The position numbers and the translations under genes were made by a program. This document shows, piece after piece, positions 10,442 through 20,360 of a stretch of 64,000 nucleotides of DNA (positions are counted from its first letter, which is position 1; every line of letters begins with the position of its first letter). The DNA is from Balanoglossus misakiensis (Eukaryota > Animalia > Hemichordata), in the NCBI GenBank assembly GCA_040954595.2, contig JBECUI020000030.1, forward strand, positions 62,001-126,000. Reading direction: 5' to 3'. The notes beneath the pieces are model-generated. The model saw only the letters and a program-made list of their open reading frames with translations. It ran no database searches and was not told where the DNA came from.

Positions 10442-11258
10442 CGCTATTGTTCTTGTGATTATAAAGCGGCATAAAACTCCTCGGTATGGGGCCTTTATTT
10501 TTGATGCCACTTTGCATTTCTTCCCAGGCATGTGCCAGAATGCCCACACCACGAGACAAACAAAATAAACCACGACAGAGAGGGGCGGGTATCCCAAGCT
10601 CACAAAAAATAATTGCGGTCGCTCCGTCTACATTCATTGGAATAGGAACAGACCTATTTTTATTAATTTGACGCTGCACTTCTAGGGCAATGTCCTTAAA
10701 CAGACCTTTTATGTGTCCATTACTTGCATATTGTTCAACAATTTCAACTGTCTTAAGAGCACGAGGATCCGCAGGTTTATGAAACCTATGTCCATACCCC
10801 GGAATCCTTTTCCCATGTTGTTGCACATATGCCGAAAGATTGTTTTCTACACTCTCTTCTAAACCAGCTCCATTATTCATATCATTTTCAATTGAATAAA
10901 AAAGCTCCGCACAACCCTGTCCTGCACCACCATGATTGTCACCAAGGACATTGATGGCACTTCCTAATACATTGTTCATACTTATTCCGCAGGTAGCTGC
11001 CATTCGAGCAATGGCAATGGATGGAGCTTGGGGTCCGTGATCGACAGACATGACCATTGCAACCTCAAAGAGTCGAGACTCTTCCTGAGTAGCGTTTTTT
11101 CCCATCACCATAAACAACATCATTTGGGCAAATGACTTTGTCTCCATCAAATCCTCTATTGGAGAGCCACGAAAACTAATTTTCCCGGGCTTCATGTCTA
11201 TAATCGAATTTTCCCACCACTTAACCGTCTTTAACTCGGCAATGTCAGCATCTTTCAT
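10431..11258 (-). CDS. Citryl-CoA lyase-like protein (citrate synthase fold)
   Basis: DHGPQAPS, HGGAG, PGYGHRFH..DPR and NVDG motifs; GAGG RBS before ATG 11258. Confidence 0.85.
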   Translation of the reverse strand: MKDADIAELKTVKWWENSIIDMKPGKISFRGSPIEDLMETKSFAQMMLFMVMGKNATQEESRLFEVAMVMSVDHGPQAPSIAIARMAATCGISMNNVLGSAINVLGDNHGGAGQGCAELFYSIENDMNNGAGLEESVENNLSAYVQQHGKRIPGYGHRFHKPADPRALKTVEIVEQYASNGHIKGLFKDIALEVQRQINKNRSVPIPMNVDGATAIIFCELGIPAPLCRGLFCLSRGVGILAHAWEEMQSGIKNKGPIPRSFMPLYNHKNNSDDR

Positions 11259-11485
11259 CGAGACCTCGCTATAAATTAGCAAAGATCGAACTTCCAAACC
11301 AAGACCTAACTAACCTTTGTTTGTTATCCAATCAATGACCAATTTACACGTGTATTGTAACAAAAAAAATTGTGATTATCAAGTCTTCTTTGCGTTTCTT
11401 TTTGCCAAGCTTCCCCTCGCCAACGTGCAAAAACAATATTGACAATCTGTACTTACCTGTGCTATAACCTACACCATAGATCTAT

Positions 11486-13078
11486 ATGATATATTTTCAA
11501 GATAGACACACGCACGAACCGTATGACCTCAGCAATGTCGGGATACAGAAACCTGTGGTGTTCAGGAACCTTCCTGTGCCAGTACTGTATGAAGAGGCCC
11601 TCCAGTATGAAAAGGGATCGTACATAGCAGCTTCGGGCGCACTCATTGTTTCTTCCCATAAGTACAAGGGAAGGGTTCCGAAAGAAAAACGGATCGTCAA
11701 AAATGATCTAAGTAAAAACCTTGTTTATTGGGGAGATATTAATATCCCCATATCCGAACATGCTTTTTGCATCAATAGAGAAAGAGCAATAGACTACATA
11801 AACTCTAGAAATCGTGTGTACGTTGTAGATGGATACGCTGGGTGGGATATGTCATATCGTATTAAGGTTCGCGTTATTTGTACACGGGCGTATCATGCAT
11901 TATTTATGACTAATATGCTTATTATGCCCTCTGATCAAGAACTTGTCGACTTTCAAGAAGCAGACTACACTATTTTTAATGCGGGGGTTTTTCCTGCTAA
12001 TAGGTATACAGAAGGCATTACATCAGACGCCTCCATTATTTTGAATTTTCAATCGCAGGAAATGATCATTATGGGTACCGAATATGCCGGAGAAATGAAA
12101 AAGGGTGTGTTTACCATTATGAATTATCTCATGCCCCAAAAAGGCGTATTACCTATGCACTGTGCTGCTAATACGAATTTGGAAGGGAGCGATACCGCAC
12201 TCTTTTTTGGACTTTCAGGTACAGGAAAAACTACACTCTCTAGTGCAGAAGACCGTTTACTTATTGGAGATGACGAGCATTGTTGGGCAGATAATTCAGT
12301 ATTTAACATAGAAGGGGGATGTTATGCAAAGTGTATCAACCCACCAGATCATATAAAACAATGTATAAAGTTTGGAACGCTTCTAGAAAATCTAGTATAC
12401 GATAAAAAAAGTCGCATAGTTGATTACAACGACGAAAGCATTACTAATAATACAAGAGCTTCGTACTCGCTTAATAGAGTAAAACAGATAAAAGTACCGT
12501 GTATTGCGCCACCTCCTAATAATATTATTTTCCTTACATGTGATGCGTACGGCGTCTTGCCTCCTCTTGCCAAACTGAATGAAAAACAAGCAATGTATCA
12601 TTTTGTGAATGGCTATACTTCGAAAGCCCCCAATACCGAATTTGGTGTTACAAAACCAACTGCGACGTTTTCTGCATGTTTTGGTGAAGTCTTTTTGCCT
12701 CTCGACCCTGTTCTCTATGCAAGATTGCTTGCAAAAAAAATTAAGCAGACGAATGCTTCTGTTTGGCTAGTAAACACGGGTTGGATTGGTGGAGGCTTTT
12801 CTGATGGTACAAGAATAGCATTGGCTGATACGATACAAATTGTGGCCAGTATATGTAACCACACTATAAACAAATCTCAGTTTGTTCAAGATCCTCTGTT
12901 TCAGTTTCAAGTATGTACCGGCTGTGAAGGCGTATCTCATAGTCTTGATCCGAGGAAACTATGGAACGACACGAATCACTACACAGAACAAGCAAAAAAG
13001 CTTATATCAATGTTCCATGAAAACATGAAAAAATACCGAGATACTGAATTTATTAGCGGTGGTCCGGTTAAGATATAA
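11486..13078 (+). CDS. pckA: Phosphoenolpyruvate carboxykinase (ATP)
   Basis: YAGEMKKG, FFGLSGTGKTTLS, LIGDDEH, NIEGGCYAK, NTRASY. Confidence 0.95.
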   Translation: MIYFQDRHTHEPYDLSNVGIQKPVVFRNLPVPVLYEEALQYEKGSYIAASGALIVSSHKYKGRVPKEKRIVKNDLSKNLVYWGDINIPISEHAFCINRERAIDYINSRNRVYVVDGYAGWDMSYRIKVRVICTRAYHALFMTNMLIMPSDQELVDFQEADYTIFNAGVFPANRYTEGITSDASIILNFQSQEMIIMGTEYAGEMKKGVFTIMNYLMPQKGVLPMHCAANTNLEGSDTALFFGLSGTGKTTLSSAEDRLLIGDDEHCWADNSVFNIEGGCYAKCINPPDHIKQCIKFGTLLENLVYDKKSRIVDYNDESITNNTRASYSLNRVKQIKVPCIAPPPNNIIFLTCDAYGVLPPLAKLNEKQAMYHFVNGYTSKAPNTEFGVTKPTATFSACFGEVFLPLDPVLYARLLAKKIKQTNASVWLVNTGWIGGGFSDGTRIALADTIQIVASICNHTINKSQFVQDPLFQFQVCTGCEGVSHSLDPRKLWNDTNHYTEQAKKLISMFHENMKKYRDTEFISGGPVKI

Positions 13079-13163
13079 TACGGTCCATGCGGGGTTATAA
13101 ATTTTTAAAAGAGAATTCCAGCATGGATTGACCGCTAAAAACAATTGAAGGGAAACCTAACTT

Positions 13164-13589
13164 ATGAATAAATGGATTACATTAAGCATTGAATATGCAA
13201 ATTAAAGATCTTACTTAGATGACTTATTTCAAGTTTATCCGACAATTCCAGACGGAATTAGAGAGATTGATAAAAACGTTTGGGCAAACGTTTAACAATC
13301 ATTTCAAAAGAAAGATAATGATTTACTCATAAGGAAATTACTAAATTTTGACTTATTCCCTATCAAAGACAGCTATACTGCATATTTAAAAGGGATTGTT
13401 CAGCAATTAACCGAAACCCAAGAACAATAAACAGAATTTAAGGATATTGCAGTTGTCAAAATTGCAATTTTAGATGGGGTACTGTTTATTAAGGGCAATA
13501 ACAAAATGCATACACTGATTACAACAACCTATAGCGATTGTAATATTATGAGCACCTTAGTACTTAGAGAATTTCTATATCAACTGTAA
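13164..13589 (+). pseudogene. Decayed Tsp45I-family type II restriction endonuclease
   Basis: Manual translation: MNKWITLSIEYAN*RSYLDDLFQVYPTIPDGIREIDKNVWANV*...LFPIKDSYTAYLK/RDCSAINRNPRTINRI//KIAILDGVLFIKGNNKM...NIMSTLVLREFLYQL*. Contains two in-frame stops, a frameshift and an apparent large internal deletion. Confidence 0.72.
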
Positions 13590-13592
13590 ATA

Positions 13593-13730
13593 ATGAAAAG
13601 TTTACTTATAAAAGCAGATAATATTAAAGGACTTAATTATCCCTTAAACGAACAGAAATTTATATTATTGCTACATACAGGAACACATAACTATATAAAA
13701 AACATGCCTATGAGTGAACCGATAAGCTAA
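13593..13730 (+). pseudogene. N-terminal remnant of the cognate site-specific DNA methyltransferase
   Basis: Starts 3 nt after the REase stop. MKSLLIKADNIKGLNYPLNEQK resembles the 'LI.GDN' start of N4/N6 MTases, but the sequence ends before any DPPY/F motif. Confidence 0.5.
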
Positions 13731-13864
13731 AATCTGAATCAGAGCGTAAAAATGCTTTTTTATTTTGACTCTCCATACTACGGGCGTCTGTAAAAGAACT
13801 GCCGACCAGCATTCGCCATAGTCAACAGTCTTCTATGAAATCGAAAAATATTTCTGAAGAAATT

Positions 13865-14779
13865 CTATTGGCTGAAACTTGCAATGAAGAAACCTGTCAA
13901 TGCATCAGCGGTTTCCAAAGAAATATTTTTTTCGTCACTATAGAATCCATACCCATGATTTGCCCCTTTAACTATATGAGAACTTACCGAAGAAGCAGTC
14001 TGAACACTGTCCAGAAATGTAAATACAACATCGGGGGGAACGGTTGTATCTTTATCTCCGACAACTGCAAAAAGCGGCCCCGTATAACCATTTATCAATT
14101 CGCTTGGATTGGATGCATACATATCTCTAAAGAACTGTACTCCAAGAATCTGCTGCTGTCCCCATGCTGTGGTAAACAGGTAGACCCCGTCTTTTTCTGC
14201 TATAGACATCATCTCTTTAAATTTCTCAGATCCACCCAAGAACCCTACATTTCCACCCAGATCTGCCGATGGGGCAAGGAGCCCTATAGCCTTCCACATG
14301 CCGGGATTCTCTGATGAAGAATGTATGGCTAATCTACCACCCATGCTGTATCCCATTATTCCAATTTTGTTCTTATCAATGTTATTATAGTTGTCCAAGG
14401 CAAATTGTCTGCTTGATTCTATATCGGTCAGCATATTTGTCAAATTATTATTTTCAAAAGATTCGGTACTGTCACCACTTCCGGGAAAATCCATTCGAAT
14501 GGTCATAATTCCAGCACGTGCCATTCTCTCAGCAATGAGTACAAACCCGCCGTTTTCCTGTCTTCCTCCTCCATGACCATGAGCCATAACCACCAGAGGA
14601 AATTTCGTTTTTCCGTCTGAAAGTGGCGACACTACTGTAGCTGGAATCTCCACACCTCGGGACATAAGCATAACATCTTCTGATTTTGCTGAAAATTGAT
14701 CTTGACCAAGTTTCGCAGTGGTCATGCAGCTAGACAGCAAACCCATAATAATTACAACTAATAATAAACTTTTTTTCAT
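13865..14779 (-). CDS. Alpha/beta hydrolase lipoprotein
   Basis: Lipobox LLSSC; AHGHGG; nucleophile GYSMGG; D (GDKD) and H (GANH) complete the triad. Confidence 0.88.
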   Translation of the reverse strand: MKKSLLLVVIIMGLLSSCMTTAKLGQDQFSAKSEDVMLMSRGVEIPATVVSPLSDGKTKFPLVVMAHGHGGGRQENGGFVLIAERMARAGIMTIRMDFPGSGDSTESFENNNLTNMLTDIESSRQFALDNYNNIDKNKIGIMGYSMGGRLAIHSSSENPGMWKAIGLLAPSADLGGNVGFLGGSEKFKEMMSIAEKDGVYLFTTAWGQQQILGVQFFRDMYASNPSELINGYTGPLFAVVGDKDTTVPPDVVFTFLDSVQTASSVSSHIVKGANHGYGFYSDEKNISLETADALTGFFIASFSQ

Positions 14780-14956
14780 TCTCTTTATCTCTCCTTACTA
14801 GAGCCTATACTGGAGCATATACTTATTGACCGATCCCGTCTATGTCTGGGCTGTAAACCGTAAATAAAAAATAAGCAAATGCCTCACCCCACCTAATACC
14901 TATGTGATCGCACTCAAAAAATACGGGTTCCACTGCTTTAATACAAGCAGAAATCC

Positions 14957-16816
14957 TTAACGTTTCCGTTCTGCCAACAGCAAAAGCAGGCGCAGTTCCT
15001 CTTCGTCAAACGCTTCTTTCCAGCGTTCCGTAAAATCAGGGGTTAGGGCTATTTGTGCTATTGCCATAAGGCATTGAAGATGAAAGTAACGTTCTTTTTT
15101 TCCTCCCGCTAGTGCAAAAATAATGCAGGGTTCGGGCTTATCCTTGTTGTAGACAACCCCCTCTTTCGCACGAACCAAAACAATTTCAAATCCGTTCTCT
15201 TCATCGAGTATGATATGAGGGATTGCTAACACATCGGATAACTGCGTGGTAGATTCGTCTTCTCGTTTGTTTAGTTTGTTTACTATTGTTTCGTAGGGTG
15301 TATGTAATCGTAACGAAAACGCACCTGCTAATTTTAGGAAGAGATCTTGACGGGTAATTTTTTCGGGAATATCCAATACAATTGCTTTGCGAATTAATCT
15401 ATCAAACCTATCTTCCGATATCCCGTCGCGCTCTAATAGTATATTTCCCAACTCTTCAGAAAGACGCGGACCTTTCATGTCTCGAGATATTATTCGTTCT
15501 ACAATGCGCAAGAGAGCAGAATCCGTTCGACGATGATCCTTCTTAAAAATTATTATCCAAATTGTTGTTGCTATAAAAAATCCGCCTGCTATCATAAGAG
15601 GTAATATCCCCATAGCATAAATTAAATATCCACAAGATAATATTCCGATAATAGGAAGAAACGGATAGAGCGGAGCTTTATATTGAGGGCGATATGATAC
15701 AATACGACTTTCCCTCATGATGATAAGCGATATATGTACAAGAAGAAACAAGATAAGTTGCATAGTTGATGCGGTCTTCGCTAGGTCAGACAAGTCTAAT
15801 ACAAGTATAACAAGAGCCATAAAAGAACCTGTTAGTAAGATAGACCGGGCTGGGACACCGTACCTGTTGGGTTTTGCAAGTCCAAGAGGTAAAAGACCAT
15901 CATGTGCCATCGCAGCGGGATTTTGAGAGGCAGACATAATGGTGGCATTTGCTGTGGTTGCAAAAGCAAGTAGCGCAGCTAATGTTAAAATAAGCGCACC
16001 AACTTGTCCAGCAATAATTGCTCCTCCTTCGGAAAGCGGTGTTAATGTTCTGCTCAATATTTCTGCAGGAAGTAATCTTATGGTAACGGTAATAGCAAGA
16101 ACATATAAAACAATAACCACAAAAAAGCTTAAAAACATTCCTCGTGGAATGGTTTTTCCCGGGTTATGTACTTTATGAGCAACAGAAGCAACTTTGGTTA
16201 ACCCTCCAAATGAAATAAAGACAACTCCAGCCATTGGGAAAAGACTCAAGATATCTTCGGGTATATACCACGAAAAAGGAACAGACTGACTCTTTACGAA
16301 CCCGAACACAACATAGAGCATGAGTATTATTATAAGAAAAACAACCATAAAAACTTGTGTGCGGGCGGAACCATGTGTTCCTATTAGATTAATCAGCGTA
16401 AAAAAAACAACAAAACAAAGAGCAATAATCTTAAACGTTATTGGCGAAACATCAGGATTTATCCATGTCCAAAAGGTACCAATTCCAACAAGAGCAAATG
16501 CTCCTTTCAAAGCAATACTAAACCAACCGGCGAACCCTGCAAATGTTCCTAACAGAGGACCTAAACTTCGATCAACAAAAAAGTAAGTACCACCTGACTT
16601 AGGCATAGCAGTCGACAACTCCGCCTTCGCCACAAGAGACGGGAGCATTATCAGCCCGGCAAGTAAATAGGCGGCAACTACTCCGGTACCTACTTGAGTA
16701 AAAACAACAGCAGGTAAAACAAATAAACCCGTACTGATCATTGCTCCAGATGCAATGCTAAATACTTCTATCAATCCAAGTGGTTTTTGGTGCTGGTCAT
16801 TGTTAGATTGCGACAT
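14957..16816 (-). CDS. APC-family amino acid permease with a C-terminal PTS EIIA (Ntr/Fru-type) domain
   Basis: GAMISTGLF, AELSTAMPKSGGTY and ~12 TMs; C-terminal KRE..STT....LAIPH motif. Confidence 0.85.
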   Translation of the reverse strand: MSQSNNDQHQKPLGLIEVFSIASGAMISTGLFVLPAVVFTQVGTGVVAAYLLAGLIMLPSLVAKAELSTAMPKSGGTYFFVDRSLGPLLGTFAGFAGWFSIALKGAFALVGIGTFWTWINPDVSPITFKIIALCFVVFFTLINLIGTHGSARTQVFMVVFLIIILMLYVVFGFVKSQSVPFSWYIPEDILSLFPMAGVVFISFGGLTKVASVAHKVHNPGKTIPRGMFLSFFVVIVLYVLAITVTIRLLPAEILSRTLTPLSEGGAIIAGQVGALILTLAALLAFATTANATIMSASQNPAAMAHDGLLPLGLAKPNRYGVPARSILLTGSFMALVILVLDLSDLAKTASTMQLILFLLVHISLIIMRESRIVSYRPQYKAPLYPFLPIIGILSCGYLIYAMGILPLMIAGGFFIATTIWIIIFKKDHRRTDSALLRIVERIISRDMKGPRLSEELGNILLERDGISEDRFDRLIRKAIVLDIPEKITRQDLFLKLAGAFSLRLHTPYETIVNKLNKREDESTTQLSDVLAIPHIILDEENGFEIVLVRAKEGVVYNKDKPEPCIIFALAGGKKERYFHLQCLMAIAQIALTPDFTERWKEAFDEEELRLLLLLAERKR

Positions 16817-17164
16817 ATTATCTTCTTAATATATTATCACAAATCAACTATCGATGGTACAAGCATCACCATTGCAACGAAATACATGAACAATCGTCAT
16901 AATCTTTAGTAATCATGAATAACTAAAATAATTTGAAAATATAGCTGGCAACTTTGCATTGGCATGTAGGGGGCAGCACAATAAAAGAAATAACAACACG
17001 ATATAAAGATCGTTATTATTACCATAAGCATGAAAATAATGTCACTCTTTCTTTACAAGAAGCATTTCAAAAAGAAAGCAAAAAAAAAGAGACAGGGTCG
17101 GTTGGAACCCGCCCCCCACTACACATACAACGCAATTATGCTATAATAAAGACAAGGAGACAAC

Positions 17165-19432
17165 ATGGCGAAGAGCATTAATCTGGGATTCCCAAGAATT
17201 GGAACACATCGGCAATTAAAGCAGGCACAGGAAGCATACTGGGCAAAGAAAATAACGGAAGAAGAACTATTACAGCAGAGCAGTGCCCTGCGAAAAGAGC
17301 ATTGGAAACAACAGCATTCCTCCGGAATCGAACTCATTCCTTCCAATGATTTTTCGCTTTACGATCACGTGCTGGATACAGTACAACTCTTTGGTGCCAT
17401 CCCTCAGCGCTACCATCACGTAGGAAGCAGTTTAGCTACCTATTTTGCTATGGCACGGGGGACTACCACCAAAAAGGGAATTATTCCCGCCATGGAAATG
17501 ACAAAATGGTTTGATACCAACTATCATTATCTCGTTCCAGAGTTTGATGAAAGCACACGTTTTTCCCTATCAACAAGCAAGATCATTCATGAATGGCAAG
17601 AAGCAAAAGACATGGGCATTGAAACCGTTCCGGTAATTCTCGGTCCAATAACCTTCCTTGCATTAGGCAAGGGAACCGATCGTTTTAATCTCCTTCCTGC
17701 TCTCGTAGAACAGTACCGTCTCTTATTTCAGGAACTCGTACAAATCGGAGTACAACACGTACAAATTGACGAACCCATACTTGTTCTAGGAGAAAAGTCG
17801 GAACTACATCAATTTTTTAAGTCTGCATACAATTCCTTTGCCGACATAGATTTACCCCTGCGACTGACTACCTATTTTGACAGCATACTGGACAACATCG
17901 ATCTCATATGCAGACTACCGGTACAGACAGTACATATCGATTGTGTTCGTTATGCTTATAAACCCACAGAAGTAGCAGCGCTTGTAAAAGCAGGGAAACA
18001 GCTTTCACTGGGACTTATTGATGGACGCAACATCTGGCGAGCCGACCTGAGTACCTGTATGGACAGAGCTGAATCATTTGCAGCCGCATTCGATGCTGAC
18101 TCCCTTTTTATCGGTCCATCCTGTTCCCTTCTGCATTCCCCTGTTGACTGTAGCAATGAAACGGCCTTTGACAAAGAATTTATCTCCTGGCTTTCCTTTG
18201 CCTATCAGAAACTGGAAGAGATAAGCATTATTACGCGAGGAATAAATAACGGACGCACAGACATTACAAAGGAACTACAGGAAAGCCTTGCAAGCATCAA
18301 AAGTAGACAACAAAGCCCACGCATCCACCGTAGCACAGTAAAAACCGCAGTATCAGCAATTACTCCCGACATGCAAAAACGAGCACATCCATATTCCACC
18401 AGACAAGAAATACAAAAAAAGGCATTGCAATTGCCAACATTCCCGACTACTACCATCGGATCATTTCCACAGACAAAAGAAATACGGCAACTACGTTCTG
18501 CATTCCGCAAGGGAACAGTCAATGTGGAAGAGTACCGGAAACAAATCCAACAAGAAATAAAAAAGACCATTGATTTTCAAGACAAGATCGGTCTTGATGT
18601 CCTTGTTCATGGGGAACCGGAGCGCAACGACATGGTCGAATACTTTGGCGAACAGCTGGAAGGATTTACGGTAAGCAAAAATGGATGGGTACAGAGCTAC
18701 GGCTCCCGCTGCGTGAAACCCCCAATAATATACGGCGATCTGGAACGCAAGAATCCTATGACAATCGATTGGATTACCTATGCACAATCCCTAAGCACAA
18801 AACCAGTCAAGGGCATGCTGACCGGCCCAGTAACGATCTTACAATGGTCATTTGTGCGCAACGATCAAGAGAGAAGTAAGACCGCCCTGCAGTTAGCACT
18901 CGCAATACGGCATGAAGTGCAGGATCTTGAACGTGCAGGCATTCAGATTATTCAGGTAGACGAACCAGCATTCCGCGAAGGCATGCCGTTACAACTGAAA
19001 AACCAAAGCAATTACATTACATGGGCAAGCAAGGCATTCGGTATAGCCACCGCTGGAGTCAATGACAGTACGCAGATACACACCCACATGTGTTATTGCG
19101 AGTTCAATGACAGCATCAAGGCAATTGCACTCCTAGACGCCGATGTCATTTCTTTAGAGTCATCACGTAGCAACATGGAAATTCTCGATACTTTTTCAGA
19201 TTTTCATTATCCCAACGCCATTGGCCCGGGCGTGTACGACATCCACTCCCCGAACATCCCATCCGATACGGAAATGGAAGAGTTACTACGCAAAGCATTG
19301 ACTGTATTACAACCGGATCAGTTATGGGTCAATCCCGATTGTGGCTTAAAGACAAGAAAATGGGCAGAGGTGGAACCCTCATTAAAGAACATGGTACAGG
19401 CCGCGCACTCGCTACGCAAAAAGCCCGACTAA
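17165..19432 (+). CDS. metE: Cobalamin-independent methionine synthase
   Basis: LGFPRIG, KWFDTNYHY, HGEPERNDMVEYF, HTHMCY, WVNPDCGLKTR. Confidence 0.97.
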   Translation: MAKSINLGFPRIGTHRQLKQAQEAYWAKKITEEELLQQSSALRKEHWKQQHSSGIELIPSNDFSLYDHVLDTVQLFGAIPQRYHHVGSSLATYFAMARGTTTKKGIIPAMEMTKWFDTNYHYLVPEFDESTRFSLSTSKIIHEWQEAKDMGIETVPVILGPITFLALGKGTDRFNLLPALVEQYRLLFQELVQIGVQHVQIDEPILVLGEKSELHQFFKSAYNSFADIDLPLRLTTYFDSILDNIDLICRLPVQTVHIDCVRYAYKPTEVAALVKAGKQLSLGLIDGRNIWRADLSTCMDRAESFAAAFDADSLFIGPSCSLLHSPVDCSNETAFDKEFISWLSFAYQKLEEISIITRGINNGRTDITKELQESLASIKSRQQSPRIHRSTVKTAVSAITPDMQKRAHPYSTRQEIQKKALQLPTFPTTTIGSFPQTKEIRQLRSAFRKGTVNVEEYRKQIQQEIKKTIDFQDKIGLDVLVHGEPERNDMVEYFGEQLEGFTVSKNGWVQSYGSRCVKPPIIYGDLERKNPMTIDWITYAQSLSTKPVKGMLTGPVTILQWSFVRNDQERSKTALQLALAIRHEVQDLERAGIQIIQVDEPAFREGMPLQLKNQSNYITWASKAFGIATAGVNDSTQIHTHMCYCEFNDSIKAIALLDADVISLESSRSNMEILDTFSDFHYPNAIGPGVYDIHSPNIPSDTEMEELLRKALTVLQPDQLWVNPDCGLKTRKWAEVEPSLKNMVQAAHSLRKKPD

Positions 19433-20292
19433 AAAAGTATGCGTATACCAATATCGACGTAACCAGTTGCCTTTAAGATAAAGTAAGGTTTATAGGCATA
19501 GAGTCCCGCGTACAGTTTACCGTAGAACAAGAAATTATCATCATCCAAAATCGGCACTTCAACCGTTCCCATAAGTTGTACCCGTTCACTGACCTGGTTT
19601 GAAAGCGGCACGTAATACAAAAGATTCTGTAACCCAATAGAAAAGACATCAACCCGAAAGAGGATTGCCGTTTCATTACTAATACGAAGATCGGTATGAG
19701 CAAAGGGCAAGTATACGATAGGATCAGTATCTAAAAAATATTGATGAGAATCCGAGGGCACAAAGGGGGTGTAATGGTATACAGTCGCCGATAGATTATT
19801 CTCAAAGTACACGAAGGTAACAGAGCCTTTTAGTCGTATATTAAAAACGTAGTACATGCCTAACTGATTTTTTCCCGTGTCCGCTGTATTTACATAGTTA
19901 TGGTCATATCCGGTTAAACTTCGATAGCCCATATTCACTCCGCTATAATGGCCACGGAGAGCAAGCCCCAAGCCAATATCAAGCACATTAACCGGACTTA
20001 TTTCCGTATGAAACAATACATCGTTGTACGACAATGTTGAAGTATTTCGTAACAAAAAACGTACCAATGCCTTGTCGGCGTATGGTTTCTGTATTGATGT
20101 CAACGGTAGGGTATAACTAATCTCAAACGGAAAAACAAAATTAGACGGTGTTATATTACCAGACAATGCAACTCGAAATTCCCAATTATACTTTCTACCA
20201 GTATTAACAATGTTCCCCTCTATATTTTGGGCTGATAAAAGTCCCACACAGCATAACCCCAATATAAGGGAAGTAATTTTACTCATTAACAT
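19429..20292 (-). CDS. Hypothetical exported protein, probable outer-membrane beta-barrel
   Basis: Signal peptide, alternating hydrophobic/aromatic strands, C-terminal Phe (YVDIGIRILF). Confidence 0.5.
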   Translation of the reverse strand: MLMSKITSLILGLCCVGLLSAQNIEGNIVNTGRKYNWEFRVALSGNITPSNFVFPFEISYTLPLTSIQKPYADKALVRFLLRNTSTLSYNDVLFHTEISPVNVLDIGLGLALRGHYSGVNMGYRSLTGYDHNYVNTADTGKNQLGMYYVFNIRLKGSVTFVYFENNLSATVYHYTPFVPSDSHQYFLDTDPIVYLPFAHTDLRISNETAILFRVDVFSIGLQNLLYYVPLSNQVSERVQLMGTVEVPILDDDNFLFYGKLYAGLYAYKPYFILKATGYVDIGIRILF

Positions 20293-20360
20293 AATAATAT
20301 TTATCTACAAAAAAAAATACAAGCCTTGTATTTTCACTTATATTATGATATCATGCAAAC

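Noticed and set aside
13660-13700. ILLLHTGTHNY resembling the YafQ toxin C-terminal motif
   Set aside because: Too short to distinguish from chance; no other toxin or antitoxin sequence is visible.
16817-17164. SAM or cobalamin riboswitch upstream of metE
   Set aside because: No recognisable consensus, and an extended -10 (TGCTATAAT) lies only ~17 nt before the ATG, leaving no room for a leader. The GC-rich patch at ~17095-17118 is only a weak hairpin.
16954-17181. 75-aa ORF before metE, and the many 60-160 aa ORFs antisense to or inside genes
   Set aside because: No RBS or recognisable motifs; these are shadow ORFs of well-supported genes.
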